A stretch of DNA of 64,000 bases from a virus (IMGVR_UViG_3300031760_000005:93696-157695), one strand, 5' to 3'; counted from the first letter of the stretch, positions 1 to 9,628 are shown. The notes: generated by a model not told the origin, from the letters alone. Made by a program: numbers and translations.

Positions 1-418
1 CCGTAGAAACTGATACTGCATTAGGTTCTTGTTGTACTGGAGCTATAGCAGTTTTAATATCTTCAGGAGAGAAATAAACAACATAATACATACCAAGATT
101 AATCTTAGTAATTTTTGTTAATCCTTGTTCAATTATATATGAAGCTAAAGTTTTTCCATCATTAAACAAAGGTTCATTTAATACATTATTTATTGATTCT
201 TCATTTACAAATTTTGAACTATGAAGTTTAATTGATACACCATCTTCACCTAATCCAACAACTACGCCAAGATGTACAGCAAATAAGTTTTTAACATTTG
301 TAATTATATTTTGAATAGGTGTATAATGATTAGTTACGCCTGTTCCAATAACACCATTACCTGGATTAGTATCTGATGTTTTACAATGTTCAACCAATAA
401 TTGAGTTAGTTTTTTCAT
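1..418 (-). CDS. hypothetical protein with N-terminal CTS-like tag; runs off the left window edge
   Basis: Translated by hand: MKKLTQLLVEHCKTSDTNPGNG..., open to position 1; TTATTTTTAAT motif at 452-462 upstream. Confidence 0.8.
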   Translation of the reverse strand, partial: MKKLTQLLVEHCKTSDTNPGNGVIGTGVTNHYTPIQNIITNVKNLFAVHLGVVVGLGEDGVSIKLHSSKFVNEESINNVLNEPLFNDGKTLASYIIEQGLTKITKINLGMYYVVYFSPEDIKTAIAPVQQEPNAVSVST

Positions 419-470
419 ATTTTATACTATTATATAATTTATGTTTATGTAATTAAAAATAACTATAAAT

Positions 471-1136
471 TTAAAATTGTCTCCAAAAATGAAATATTTG
501 TTGGAGTGTAGCTTTTGAAAAGTGCCCTTCAGTAAAACACGCTGTTGGAATTAAACGTGTTGGTAATACATATGAAGCGCCTCTTAAAACTGGAATATAC
601 ATTTTAACGCCAAATCCAATTTTTGCATTTGTTTTTGCTAAATGTTTTACTGCTTGATAAGATATCCATGTATTTGGTTTACCAGTAACTTCATTGAAAT
701 TTTTATCAAAAAATGGTTTAAAATGCTGATAAACTGCTTCAATAATTCTTGTTCTGGTAAATGGTGGATAATAATGTAAATTAATACCAACTTCGCGAAT
801 ATTACCGTCATCCGTTCTTGTTATTCCACAAAATAATGTTAAAGGAGTAGCGTCATAATATTCAAGTTCTTCTTTAAATTTTGGTTGAGAATAATGAAAT
901 AATACAATTTGACCAGGAAGAAGATATCTTTTTGTTGGTTTATTCAATTTTAATAATTCTTGATATGCTAATTTAGAACGAATAACAGTTGGACGTTTAG
1001 CTAATGGATGATTATCAATAGCTTCATTAATGTGAAAATCTTTAATCTCATCTTCACTATATATTTTTCTATCTAAATCTTTTAGATTAAATACATGTCC
1101 TAATGTTGTTTGTTCTGGTTTATAAATTATTGGCAT
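471..1136 (-). CDS. T4 gp2-like DNA end protector protein
   Basis: PGQIVLFHY..PK.KEELEYYD..PL and GINLHYYPP..R motifs typical of gp2. Confidence 0.8.
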   Translation of the reverse strand: MPIIYKPEQTTLGHVFNLKDLDRKIYSEDEIKDFHINEAIDNHPLAKRPTVIRSKLAYQELLKLNKPTKRYLLPGQIVLFHYSQPKFKEELEYYDATPLTLFCGITRTDDGNIREVGINLHYYPPFTRTRIIEAVYQHFKPFFDKNFNEVTGKPNTWISYQAVKHLAKTNAKIGFGVKMYIPVLRGASYVLPTRLIPTACFTEGHFSKATLQQIFHFWRQF

Positions 1137-1447
1137 ACTAAAATCATTAAAATATTTATAAATGTACCTATAACTGAACCAATTATATCAGCTACAATAT
1201 CTTTAAATTCAACTTTAGTTTTACGTAATTTTAAATCAATAATATATTCTTTAAATATTCCTATTAAAACTGTTATAACAAATGATATGCCTAAACTTAT
1301 ATAAGGATTTAATTTAAAACTTAAAAAAATTATAAATAATATATTAGTAATTAATGTTGAACAATATGAATGTAAAAATACATCTTTAGTAGTTGAATCT
1401 ACAAAATTATATATTTTATCAATAATTTTTAATAAAAATTCTTTCAT
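1127..1447 (-). CDS. small membrane protein (VanZ/YfiM-like)
   Basis: Hydrophobic helices with D..LH, KEYIID and DIVADIIG motifs. Confidence 0.55.
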   Translation of the reverse strand: MKEFLLKIIDKIYNFVDSTTKDVFLHSYCSTLITNILFIIFLSFKLNPYISLGISFVITVLIGIFKEYIIDLKLRKTKVEFKDIVADIIGSVIGTFINILMILVCQ

Positions 1448-1921
1448 TTATTTATCATAATATTTTTGAATATAATGAAATACATCTGATATATATTTCC
1501 CTTGATTTTCTTTTATTGATTCTTTGCCAAACCATTTATATTCAGTATGTTCTTTCGACAATTTTATTTCTGGTTTAGATTCCATTTCTATAATAAAATA
1601 TTCAGTATAAGAAACTACTTTATCATCATTACCAGGTCCTAAATGTTCCTGTTTTCCAAAATATTTCATTGAATATTCTTCATTAAATGATAATGTTATT
1701 CCAGTTTCTTCTTTTATTTCTCTAATTAGTGCATCTTTAGTTGTTTTATCTGATTCATTTACTGAACCTCCAACAAACCCCCATTTACCTTTAAATAAAT
1801 CTACATAATTAGATCTTTTAAGTAAAAGAATTTCGTCAGTATCTTTATTGACTAATATTCCATCTACATAATGTTTTATTTCATCTTTACTTTCTTTTAT
1901 ATAGTCAATTAATTGTTTCAT
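1448..1921 (-). CDS. Nudix hydrolase with CTS-like N-terminus
   Basis: Nudix box GGSVNESDKTTKDALIREIKEETGI; LSKEHTEYKW; N-term MKQLIDYIKES. Confidence 0.9.
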   Translation of the reverse strand: MKQLIDYIKESKDEIKHYVDGILVNKDTDEILLLKRSNYVDLFKGKWGFVGGSVNESDKTTKDALIREIKEETGITLSFNEEYSMKYFGKQEHLGPGNDDKVVSYTEYFIIEMESKPEIKLSKEHTEYKWFGKESIKENQGKYISDVFHYIQKYYDK

Positions 1922-1937
1922 TATCTATTATATTTAT

Positions 1938-2363
1938 TTAATATCCAATACATAAACTCATGTCATATGTATTAAATGGATCTTCAACTGTACCAGCAGC
2001 ATGACAATTAAGTGTTCCTACCATAAATGGATTTTCAGAACCTTTAACAAATATTTCTACTTTATATTGTTTCCATTGAGACATTCCATCCTTTGATTTA
2101 CGATATCCGCCATCATCTGGAGCTACCGAAACATCATATTCATGCTCAGGATTTTTTATAGTTTTTAAAGCGTCATCAATATCTTGTCTAACTAATTTAA
2201 CACCAGCCCAATTATCATCGTGATAATAATGACCTGTGGTTTTAGTTTTATCTAATTGTTTATAGATGGCATTTTGAATTTTTTTCTTTTCTGGAGCTTT
2301 AATAGATTTATCCAATTCTCCATTAGAATATGATTCAAAAATTTTATCTTTTAATGTTTTCAT
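1938..2363 (-). CDS. hypothetical protein, CTS-like N-terminus
   Basis: 141 aa ORF in tight operon; MKTLKDKIFES. Confidence 0.75.
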   Translation of the reverse strand: MKTLKDKIFESYSNGELDKSIKAPEKKKIQNAIYKQLDKTKTTGHYYHDDNWAGVKLVRQDIDDALKTIKNPEHEYDVSVAPDDGGYRKSKDGMSQWKQYKVEIFVKGSENPFMVGTLNCHAAGTVEDPFNTYDMSLCIGY

Positions 2364-2394
2364 TGACGTTATTCAATATTTTTTTATAAATCTT

Positions 2395-3564
2395 TTAATC
2401 CATTGCACCAAATCCATCTACAGGTTTGCCATCATCACCATCTAATCCTTTATCTTGTAATTTGACTTTACCATAAGATGTTCCATTAGCGCCAATAACT
2501 TCAAATTCACATGTTGTATGCATTCCTGAAAGCCAACTACCGGTATTACGTGATAATTCTTTAATTTCAGGCATTTTATTGTCAGATTCTAAATAAGCTT
2601 TTGCAGCTAATTTATAAAGATTATCAACACCCCAAGATATACTAGAATAACTACCGAATGATTTTTCCAAAACCTTTTGAACATCATCTTTAACTTTTTC
2701 AATAGCTTCTGCTAATTTTTTAGCTTCTTCATCTTTCTTTATTTTTTCTGCAAATATCTTTTCCCATTTCTTATAGTTTTGTTCTGTTGCTTCTAAGTCA
2801 TCTTCAACTGTATCTAATATAGAAATAATATCTTTATATAAATCTGATTTTTTAAACGCTTCACGTAATTTCTTTATTTTCTTAGAATCTTTTTCATATT
2901 CAGCTTCAGCCTTTTGCCATACTTTATTAGATTTTTTACGCATGGCTTCTTCATTTCTTGAATGAGATGTTTGATCCCACATTTCTTGATATTTACTATT
3001 TACCGAATCAGTTTTTAAAATGTTAAATCTATCATTAAATTCTGGAATATTAACATTATAAGCTTGGGCAATAACACTTAATGCAAGATAAATAGAAAAA
3101 GTAAATCCTGTTGATTCATACCAGAATAATGTAACATCTTTATCCCATGAATTTCTTTTTTCTGGTTGACGTGCTTTTGTAAAACTTGCAGCTTGAATAT
3201 CATCTGTTTCTAATGCAATTCTTGCTTCTTTTGTTGCCTTTTCTACAAAATCAAAGAAATCTTTATTGCCATTTTCATCTTTTCCATAGAAATTATCAAA
3301 TGTACAATTTTGGGCATTAAGAATAAAATTATTATGACCTTGTTTAGAATTCATTGCTGTTTTAAGTTTATCTACAAGAATTTCAAAATTCTCGGTATTT
3401 ATTTTAATTACAGATTCTTCATATTCTTTATATTTATTCTTCATTTCTTCCTTTGTATTTTTAGGCATGCCCGGATAGAAAAATGGTTTACTCATTGATT
3501 GTGGTAAATCTAAATATTTACCATCTTCTTTTGATTCAAATAAAAAATCAATTAAATGTTTCAT
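2395..3564 (-). CDS. hypothetical helical protein, CTS-like N-terminus
   Basis: 389 aa ORF; MKHLIDFLFES. Confidence 0.8.
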   Translation of the reverse strand: MKHLIDFLFESKEDGKYLDLPQSMSKPFFYPGMPKNTKEEMKNKYKEYEESVIKINTENFEILVDKLKTAMNSKQGHNNFILNAQNCTFDNFYGKDENGNKDFFDFVEKATKEARIALETDDIQAASFTKARQPEKRNSWDKDVTLFWYESTGFTFSIYLALSVIAQAYNVNIPEFNDRFNILKTDSVNSKYQEMWDQTSHSRNEEAMRKKSNKVWQKAEAEYEKDSKKIKKLREAFKKSDLYKDIISILDTVEDDLEATEQNYKKWEKIFAEKIKKDEEAKKLAEAIEKVKDDVQKVLEKSFGSYSSISWGVDNLYKLAAKAYLESDNKMPEIKELSRNTGSWLSGMHTTCEFEVIGANGTSYGKVKLQDKGLDGDDGKPVDGFGAMD

Positions 3565-3570
3565 TATTTA

Positions 3571-4197
3571 TTATTCAATATTTTTATATCTTTGTTCGAC
3601 ATCACCATTTGCTCTAATACGAATACGTTCCTGAACGGATGTATGATTCATTCTTTCTCCTCTAAAAATTGTTTTAATTATTATATCAACCTTTGTACCA
3701 TTTTCTTTTATCATCCAAACTGCCCATAAATTCATGGTTCTTGGTCTAGCGCCGCAATATTCAACTTCGCCATTTTTATCTTTGTTATTATTTAACCAGC
3801 ATTGACATTCTATTGTCCATGCATCTACTTTACGTTGTTTATATTCAAATGGCTTAAACTTGCCATCATAGTTCATTTCCATTATGTCATCCCAAGACCA
3901 TCGGAACATATTAACAATTTCGTATTGACCAATTCGCTTACCACCATCACCACCTTTTTCTACTGGTCGATCTTGACGTTGCGTAGCATGATCTCCCATT
4001 CTTAATTCATCACCATCATTAGATGTCCAAACGACGCGATTTCCACTTTTAGTATGATGCCAATCATTACCTTCTAATATAAATTGTTGGAATTCATCAT
4101 CAAGTAATTCTAAAGATGATTCATCCAATTGAAAAATAATTCGACCAAGTTTATTCTCGAAATTATTTCTATTTAAAAATTCGGTAATGTTTTTCAT
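3571..4197 (-). CDS. hypothetical protein (possible RNase-fold, HA..R..R motif), variant CTS-like N-terminus
   Basis: 208 aa; MKNITEFLN...LDES; HATQRQDR and C-terminal IIIKTIFR strand. Confidence 0.7.
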   Translation of the reverse strand: MKNITEFLNRNNFENKLGRIIFQLDESSLELLDDEFQQFILEGNDWHHTKSGNRVVWTSNDGDELRMGDHATQRQDRPVEKGGDGGKRIGQYEIVNMFRWSWDDIMEMNYDGKFKPFEYKQRKVDAWTIECQCWLNNNKDKNGEVEYCGARPRTMNLWAVWMIKENGTKVDIIIKTIFRGERMNHTSVQERIRIRANGDVEQRYKNIE

Positions 4198-4200
4198 TGT

Positions 4201-4590
4201 TTACCAACCACATTTTTCGGAATTAGCATAATCCCACTCAATCATGTAATCTTCCTCTTCTTTAGTTAATGTTTCTTGATCACTAACACGGGCTATTAAA
4301 CTACCAGTAACAAATTTAGCTAAACGTTTTCTTCCTTCTTTTGATAATTTATTTGTTGCTTTAGTTACTTTAAGAATAGCTTGGCATAATTTAGCTACAA
4401 CTGAAGATGATTCAAGTTTTGCAATGTCAAATATACCCTTTTGGTGTTTCTTTATTAAATTTTGAACTAATGGCCAATATTGTTGTTTATATATTGTCTC
4501 ATTATTATCCATCTCCATACATGCATCAAAAATTATCTTATTATCAGCATCTTGAGATGATTCTGTTAAATATGTTTTTATATCTTTCAT
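4201..4590 (-). CDS. hypothetical protein, CTS-like N-terminus
   Basis: MKDIKTYLTES. Confidence 0.75.
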   Translation of the reverse strand: MKDIKTYLTESSQDADNKIIFDACMEMDNNETIYKQQYWPLVQNLIKKHQKGIFDIAKLESSSVVAKLCQAILKVTKATNKLSKEGRKRLAKFVTGSLIARVSDQETLTKEEEDYMIEWDYANSEKCGW

Positions 4591-4595
4591 AATAA

Positions 4596-4874
4596 TTAAA
4601 ATATACTTGGTATTTTTGATAAAATAGAATTTGAAAAATCAAGATGCCATTTATCGATTTTATCTTTCTTATGAGCTTCACAGTATTTTGATATTTCATC
4701 AAATTCAACATTCATTATTTCAACGCCATCTTTATCGATTTCAGTTACATCTGATTGATCTTTGCCATTACCTTTCCAAATTAGAATTTCACGAACTCTA
4801 TTTTCGGTATAATCCCAAAGACACCATTTACCTTTTGGAGTTGATTCATTTATAATATTAGTTAATGTTTTCAT
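4596..4874 (-). CDS. hypothetical protein, CTS-like N-terminus
   Basis: MKTLTNIINES. Confidence 0.7.
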   Translation of the reverse strand: MKTLTNIINESTPKGKWCLWDYTENRVREILIWKGNGKDQSDVTEIDKDGVEIMNVEFDEISKYCEAHKKDKIDKWHLDFSNSILSKIPSIF

Positions 4875-4891
4875 ATTTAATTTAGATATTT

Positions 4892-5395
4892 TTAATCTTC
4901 TAACTCAACAACTAATTTCTTTGTTAGATTTTCTTTTTGTTTATTTAATTCATTTATATTTTCCATTAATTTAGATATTTCATCATCAATTTCACGAATT
5001 TGATCAGCATATTTTGATTTAATAGCACCAATTACAGCATTTTTTGAAATACCGGCAAAATACCATGTACCATCTCCATGAATTCGTTTAATAGAAAATT
5101 CTTTATTTTTTTCATTCGGTTGATCAAATATCAAAAAATGGCTAATTTTATATGGATTTGATTCTAAATCAACACATGTTGTATTAATTTTTCCTTTGGC
5201 AAATGAATCTTCTATACCTCTATTTTCAACAGATTTAATTTTTATTTGTGAACATTTATGTTTAGAATTTTCTTTACTAATTCTATCCATAACTTTATCT
5301 GTATCATGTACAACATATAATATCGTACCTTTATCGATATTTGTATATATGTTTGGCAAATTTCCTTCTTTAATTAAATGACTTAAATTTTTCAT
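4892..5395 (-). CDS. hypothetical protein, CTS-like N-terminus, C-terminal coiled coil
   Basis: MKNLSHLIKEG. Confidence 0.75.
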   Translation of the reverse strand: MKNLSHLIKEGNLPNIYTNIDKGTILYVVHDTDKVMDRISKENSKHKCSQIKIKSVENRGIEDSFAKGKINTTCVDLESNPYKISHFLIFDQPNEKNKEFSIKRIHGDGTWYFAGISKNAVIGAIKSKYADQIREIDDEISKLMENINELNKQKENLTKKLVVELED

Positions 5396-5404
5396 AAATA
5401 ATAT

Positions 5405-5704
5405 TTATACTTGTATTTCATTGAAATTTTTAATTTTAAATTTTCCAGATACAGTATCTTCAGCATATAAAGTTACTTCATATTTTGTATCTATATAGTC
5501 TCCAACAAATACTAATTTATCATCAGATGATTCTTCTTCATCAAAATCAAAACCTAATTTGTACATTACATCTTTAATATCGTCAATTTTGGTCATTTTA
5601 AATCCATGTTTAATGCTACCAAACTCTCTAAGTGCAAGTCCAATTTCTTCATGAAGATCTTCATCTTGAGTTGATTCTAATATAAATTGTTTAATGTCTT
5701 TCAT
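5405..5704 (-). CDS. acidic hypothetical protein, CTS-like N-terminus
   Basis: MKDIKQFILES. Confidence 0.75.
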   Translation of the reverse strand: MKDIKQFILESTQDEDLHEEIGLALREFGSIKHGFKMTKIDDIKDVMYKLGFDFDEEESSDDKLVFVGDYIDTKYEVTLYAEDTVSGKFKIKNFNEIQV

Positions 5705-5733
5705 AATCTTTATTTATATAATTATTTATTGTT

Positions 5734-6162
5734 TTATCTTTTACAATCAAAGAAATAATGAGTATCTGTTTCTGATAAATAAATAAACATTATTTTTTGA
5801 TAATCATCCAATGCACAAACTATTTCAGAAGTATCATCTAATTTATTTTCGGATTTAAGTTTATCAATTATCTTTAAAGCTTTTTTAGGAATTTTTCTAT
5901 CACCATCTTGTATTTTATCTAAAATATTTGTTACTTCGATTACTTTACAATTGTTATTTATCCAGTTTGCCATTTGCGTTGCATCCCACATATGATCTTT
6001 ATCCACTGTGTTTTTGCAATCTCCAAAGTATTTATAATTTCTATAAGATGGTACTCCATCATACATTTCTGGGTTTTCTAATGATGAATCTATAGGAATA
6101 TTATTTAAATCAAGTTTTTCAATTAAAAATGATTCAAACATATAATCAATTAAATTTTTCAT
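5734..6162 (-). CDS. hypothetical protein, CTS-like N-terminus
   Basis: MKNLIDYMFESFLIEKL. Confidence 0.75.
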   Translation of the reverse strand: MKNLIDYMFESFLIEKLDLNNIPIDSSLENPEMYDGVPSYRNYKYFGDCKNTVDKDHMWDATQMANWINNNCKVIEVTNILDKIQDGDRKIPKKALKIIDKLKSENKLDDTSEIVCALDDYQKIMFIYLSETDTHYFFDCKR

Positions 6163-6200
6163 ATTTAATCTTCATATTTTTCCATTTTTTCTAAAGAAGA

Positions 6201-7010
6201 TTATCTTTTAACAACTAATTTTTCTGCTTGCATTATTTCACGTACTTTTTCTGCGTTAAATACAAATGTTACTAAGAATGTATATAAATCATCAATATTA
6301 TCAATAGAAACATCTAATACTTGTGACCATTTTATATCTGATCTTGACTCAAGTTTACCAAGTAATTTAGCAATTTCTTCTAATGAAGATTTTATTGAAT
6401 TTTCTTTACCATTAGTTCCAGTATGTTTAACTGTATAAACTTGTACTTCACCATTAAGTTTTGTTTGGATAGTTGGACAATATAAATCAAATTCAGAAAC
6501 AATTTCAGTTACTGCTTTATAAATTTTTTTATTTTGACAAGTTGCTACATCATAAAGTGATTTAACACTTTCTGAATTAGCTTCACTATTTGGCATATCT
6601 CCATTTTCACGATGAATTACTTCACCACACAAATCATAATTTTTATAACCAAAATAAAGTGGAGTAGTATGTGTTTTTTTAACATCTGGTACAAAATTAA
6701 ATCTATCAAATTGATTATGAATATCATAAAGAGTCATTACTTTTGGTGTGGTATCTAATTCACGAGTAACTTCTTCTTCTGAATTAAATCTACCAAATGA
6801 ATTACATTGTATTTTTACAGGTTCCTCACAAGTAGGACAATCACAACAAGAATTACCACAATCTGGATCTGGAAGGCAATTACAACAACATTCGTTAATT
6901 ACTTGTCCTTCTAAATTAGCAATTTTTTCTTTAAGTTCTTCAGAAATTCCATTTAATGAAACTTTTTTAACACTTAAGTTATCTATATATTTAGATAATA
7001 ATTTTATCAT
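6201..7010 (-). CDS. hypothetical protein with Cys cluster
   Basis: 269 aa; ECCCNCLPDPDCGNSCCDCPTC. Confidence 0.75.
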   Translation of the reverse strand: MIKLLSKYIDNLSVKKVSLNGISEELKEKIANLEGQVINECCCNCLPDPDCGNSCCDCPTCEEPVKIQCNSFGRFNSEEEVTRELDTTPKVMTLYDIHNQFDRFNFVPDVKKTHTTPLYFGYKNYDLCGEVIHRENGDMPNSEANSESVKSLYDVATCQNKKIYKAVTEIVSEFDLYCPTIQTKLNGEVQVYTVKHTGTNGKENSIKSSLEEIAKLLGKLESRSDIKWSQVLDVSIDNIDDLYTFLVTFVFNAEKVREIMQAEKLVVKR

Positions 7011-7052
7011 AACTTTATATATATTTTTTTAATAATAATTTAATATAGATAA

Positions 7053-7517
7053 TTATTGGAAAAACTTTTCAGTAACGATAATAAATTTAGCATTATGTTT
7101 ATGTGCAAATTCATTTGCTGCTTTCCATTTATCTGTATTAACTATCCATGCTTCTTTTAACCATCTAGAATCTTGCTCTACAGGTTTTATTGTTTGATTA
7201 TATGGTTTTATTTCTACTATAATTTTAGTTCCATCATAAGTTTCAATAACATAATCTGGATAATAATTTTGCTCCGATTGAGTTAATCTATTATAATATT
7301 TAATAGATATTGGTTCGCTTGCCCAACGTTTAATTTTTGGATTATTTTCACAAAACATAATAAATTGATATTCTAAACCTGAACGATAAATAATGGGTTC
7401 ATTTTTACATGATCTAAATATTTTTTTACACATTGATTCATTTATATAACCCTGATGATATTTACTATTTTTTTGTGGTTTTAGATTTTTTATATTGTTA
7501 TTAAATTTCTTAGGCAT
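7053..7517 (-). CDS. T4 gp4-like head completion nuclease (TnsA-like PD-(D/E)XK)
   Basis: IYRSGLE..F...C, WASEPISIKY, YYPDY, IVEIKP..QT, N..KWKAA..FA, F.IVTE. Confidence 0.9.
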   Translation of the reverse strand: MPKKFNNNIKNLKPQKNSKYHQGYINESMCKKIFRSCKNEPIIYRSGLEYQFIMFCENNPKIKRWASEPISIKYYNRLTQSEQNYYPDYVIETYDGTKIIVEIKPYNQTIKPVEQDSRWLKEAWIVNTDKWKAANEFAHKHNAKFIIVTEKFFQ

Positions 7518-7546
7518 TTGAATATTATTAATTATTTATCTATATA
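7518..7546 (+). promoter_or_regulatory. putative sigma70-like promoter TTGAAT-N17-TATATA
   Basis: Same TTGAA(T/A)-N16-18-(C)TATWWW pattern recurs at 16730-16759, 51088-51116, 52712-52741, 53259-53286 (all minus). Confidence 0.45.
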
Positions 7547-7574
7547 TTAAAATAATTATTTATTTTTAAATAAA

Positions 7575-7706
7575 TGGTATAGTGATACCAAAATTAGCAA
7601 CTAGATTTTCAAGAGTCAAATAAGTGACCTTTGCTAACAGAATGTTATGTGAAGTTTTGGCTAAGTCGAGTTTATTATATGTGACAGATATAATAAATAA
7701 GGCGAC
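7575..7706 (+). ncRNA. candidate structured RNA leader
   Basis: Complementary segments 7594-7600/7631-7637, 7615-7618/7625-7628, 7588-7595/7653-7660, 7665-7668/7703-7706, 7671-7680/7688-7697. Confidence 0.4.
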
Positions 7707-7732
7707 AAACTAAAAACATAAACTTAATAAAT

Positions 7733-8356
7733 ATGGAACAAACTAAACTTAAGAGATTTACGAGAATCTTATTTATAATCCTATTATCAATATGTACATT
7801 GGGTGGATTGTGTTATGCATATAATTATGATGCGGAAGAAACTCCTACCACACCTATTATTAAAGTAACTGAACCAGCAGTTATCGATACAATTTCTACT
7901 CAAGATAGTATTAGAGATGCTTTAATTTGCGAAGTACGAGATTATCTTAAAAAACAGTCGCCAAATTCGCATAAATTCATTCCAAAGTACATTGTATATG
8001 CAGGATTAACACATGATATTGATATATGCTTTATGATGGCGCAAACACAAATTGAAACAAATTATGGAACAATGGGCGCCGGAAGAGAATGTAGTAGACG
8101 TTCATTATTTGGAGTAGCAATACGCCGATATGGAGATTATGAAACAGCTATTAATGATTATTGTATACTGTTAAAAAAATCATATATTGGTAAAGGTCGT
8201 ACAGAGAAACATTTAATGACAAAATATGTAACTCATGGTGGTGCACGATATGCAAGCAATCCAAATTATGAAAAAGATTTACAAATAGCGTATAATAATA
8301 TCAAGAAAGAAACTAACATTTATAATTTACAAAATGAATGGCGAGAATCTTTCTAA
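7733..8356 (+). CDS. GH73-like (glucosaminidase/muramidase) peptidoglycan hydrolase with N-terminal TM
   Basis: MAQTQIETNYG (catalytic Glu), SLFGV, RYASNPNY motif; hydrophobic N-terminus. Confidence 0.7.
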   Translation: MEQTKLKRFTRILFIILLSICTLGGLCYAYNYDAEETPTTPIIKVTEPAVIDTISTQDSIRDALICEVRDYLKKQSPNSHKFIPKYIVYAGLTHDIDICFMMAQTQIETNYGTMGAGRECSRRSLFGVAIRRYGDYETAINDYCILLKKSYIGKGRTEKHLMTKYVTHGGARYASNPNYEKDLQIAYNNIKKETNIYNLQNEWRESF

Positions 8357-8380
8357 AAAATATATGTTTAACTATTAAAA

Positions 8381-9094
8381 ATGAATCTATGGAGTAAAAT
8401 CATTAATTATATTTCATCTATCACAAAAAGAGATGTTATATATACTTTAATCATAATTATATTAATTGGATTATTGAGTTTTTCTGTAAATAAATGTTCA
8501 AACGTACAATCTGAATATAAAAATAACATAGAAGCCTTGAATGATACAATACGTTATTATCAAGACAAAAATGGAAATTTAGTTGCTACAAAACTTGCGT
8601 TTGAATCAGATATTAAAACATTAAAATTACTTAATGAAGATTTATATAATAAAATTAAAGATTTAAAAGCCAAAGGTAATGTAACGCATACAACATATTT
8701 TGAAGGTATAATTGAAAATCCTGAACAAGATACTGCGTATGTTGTTATGCATGATACAATAAATAAAGGTTTTAGAAAAGATTTTGCTTTTAATAATGAA
8801 TATAGAAGATTAGAAGGAAATGTATCTTATCAAAATGATACTGTTGGAGTACATATTGATAAAGATGAAGTTGAATTTGATTATACTGTAGCAATGGATG
8901 AAAAGAACAATATTTATATTACATCTACTAATCCATATGTTAAGTATAATCAAATAACTGGATTTCAAATTCCTAAACCTAAAAAGAAACATTGGTTTGC
9001 TGGTCCTTCTATAAGTGGTGGATATGATCCAATAAATAATAGAGGAACATTTAACATTGGTGTATCTGTTGGTTATGGATTATTTCAATGGTAA
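8381..9094 (+). CDS. spanin-like lysis protein
   Basis: N-terminal TM, coiled coil, C-terminal KKKHWFAGPSISGGYD..IGVSVGYGLFQW; lies between two PG hydrolases. Confidence 0.5.
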   Translation: MNLWSKIINYISSITKRDVIYTLIIIILIGLLSFSVNKCSNVQSEYKNNIEALNDTIRYYQDKNGNLVATKLAFESDIKTLKLLNEDLYNKIKDLKAKGNVTHTTYFEGIIENPEQDTAYVVMHDTINKGFRKDFAFNNEYRRLEGNVSYQNDTVGVHIDKDEVEFDYTVAMDEKNNIYITSTNPYVKYNQITGFQIPKPKKKHWFAGPSISGGYDPINNRGTFNIGVSVGYGLFQW

Positions 9095-9149
9095 TTTAAT
9101 TAAAAAATTAAATATATTGAATGTAATGATTATAATATCCTTACATTTT

Positions 9150-9160
9150 TTATTTTTAAT
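9150..9160 (+). promoter_or_regulatory. putative late promoter motif TTATTTTTAAT
   Basis: Exact copies at 452(-), 9150, 13052, 17119(-), 22168, 28781, 35984, 49871(-), 53325, 59350, each 18-50 nt before a co-oriented late-type gene. Confidence 0.6.
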
Positions 9161-9184
9161 TAAATTATTTGTGTAAATATATAT

Positions 9185-9628
9185 ATGGCAACAAAAATAA
9201 CTCAAAATTTTTCATTAGAAGAATTATATGCTAGTTCAACTGCTAAAGCAAAAAAAATCGATAATACTCCTACTCCAGAAGTAAAAGCTAATTTAATTAA
9301 ACTTTGTAAGGAAGTGTTACAACCAATACGTAATAAATATGGTAGAGCTATTACTATAACATCAGGTTATCGTTCACCAAAATTAAATGCTGCTGTTGGT
9401 GGTGTAAAAAATTCTCAACACGTACTTGGACAAGCAGCAGATATTAAATGTACATCTACATCAAAAGCTGTATTATTTAATGTTATTAAATCTATGATAG
9501 AAAAAGGAGAATTAAAAGTTGGACAACTTATATGGGAATATGGAACAAAACAAGAACCTAATTGGATCCATGTTTCTTTACCATATAGTAAAACTAATCA
9601 AATATTATATCTATATTCAAAAAAATAA
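9185..9628 (+). CDS. peptidase M15A endolysin
   Basis: NFSLEEL..S, ITSGYRSPKLNAAVGGVKNSQHVLGQAADI, WIHVS zinc-ligand motifs. Confidence 0.9.
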   Translation: MATKITQNFSLEELYASSTAKAKKIDNTPTPEVKANLIKLCKEVLQPIRNKYGRAITITSGYRSPKLNAAVGGVKNSQHVLGQAADIKCTSTSKAVLFNVIKSMIEKGELKVGQLIWEYGTKQEPNWIHVSLPYSKTNQILYLYSKK

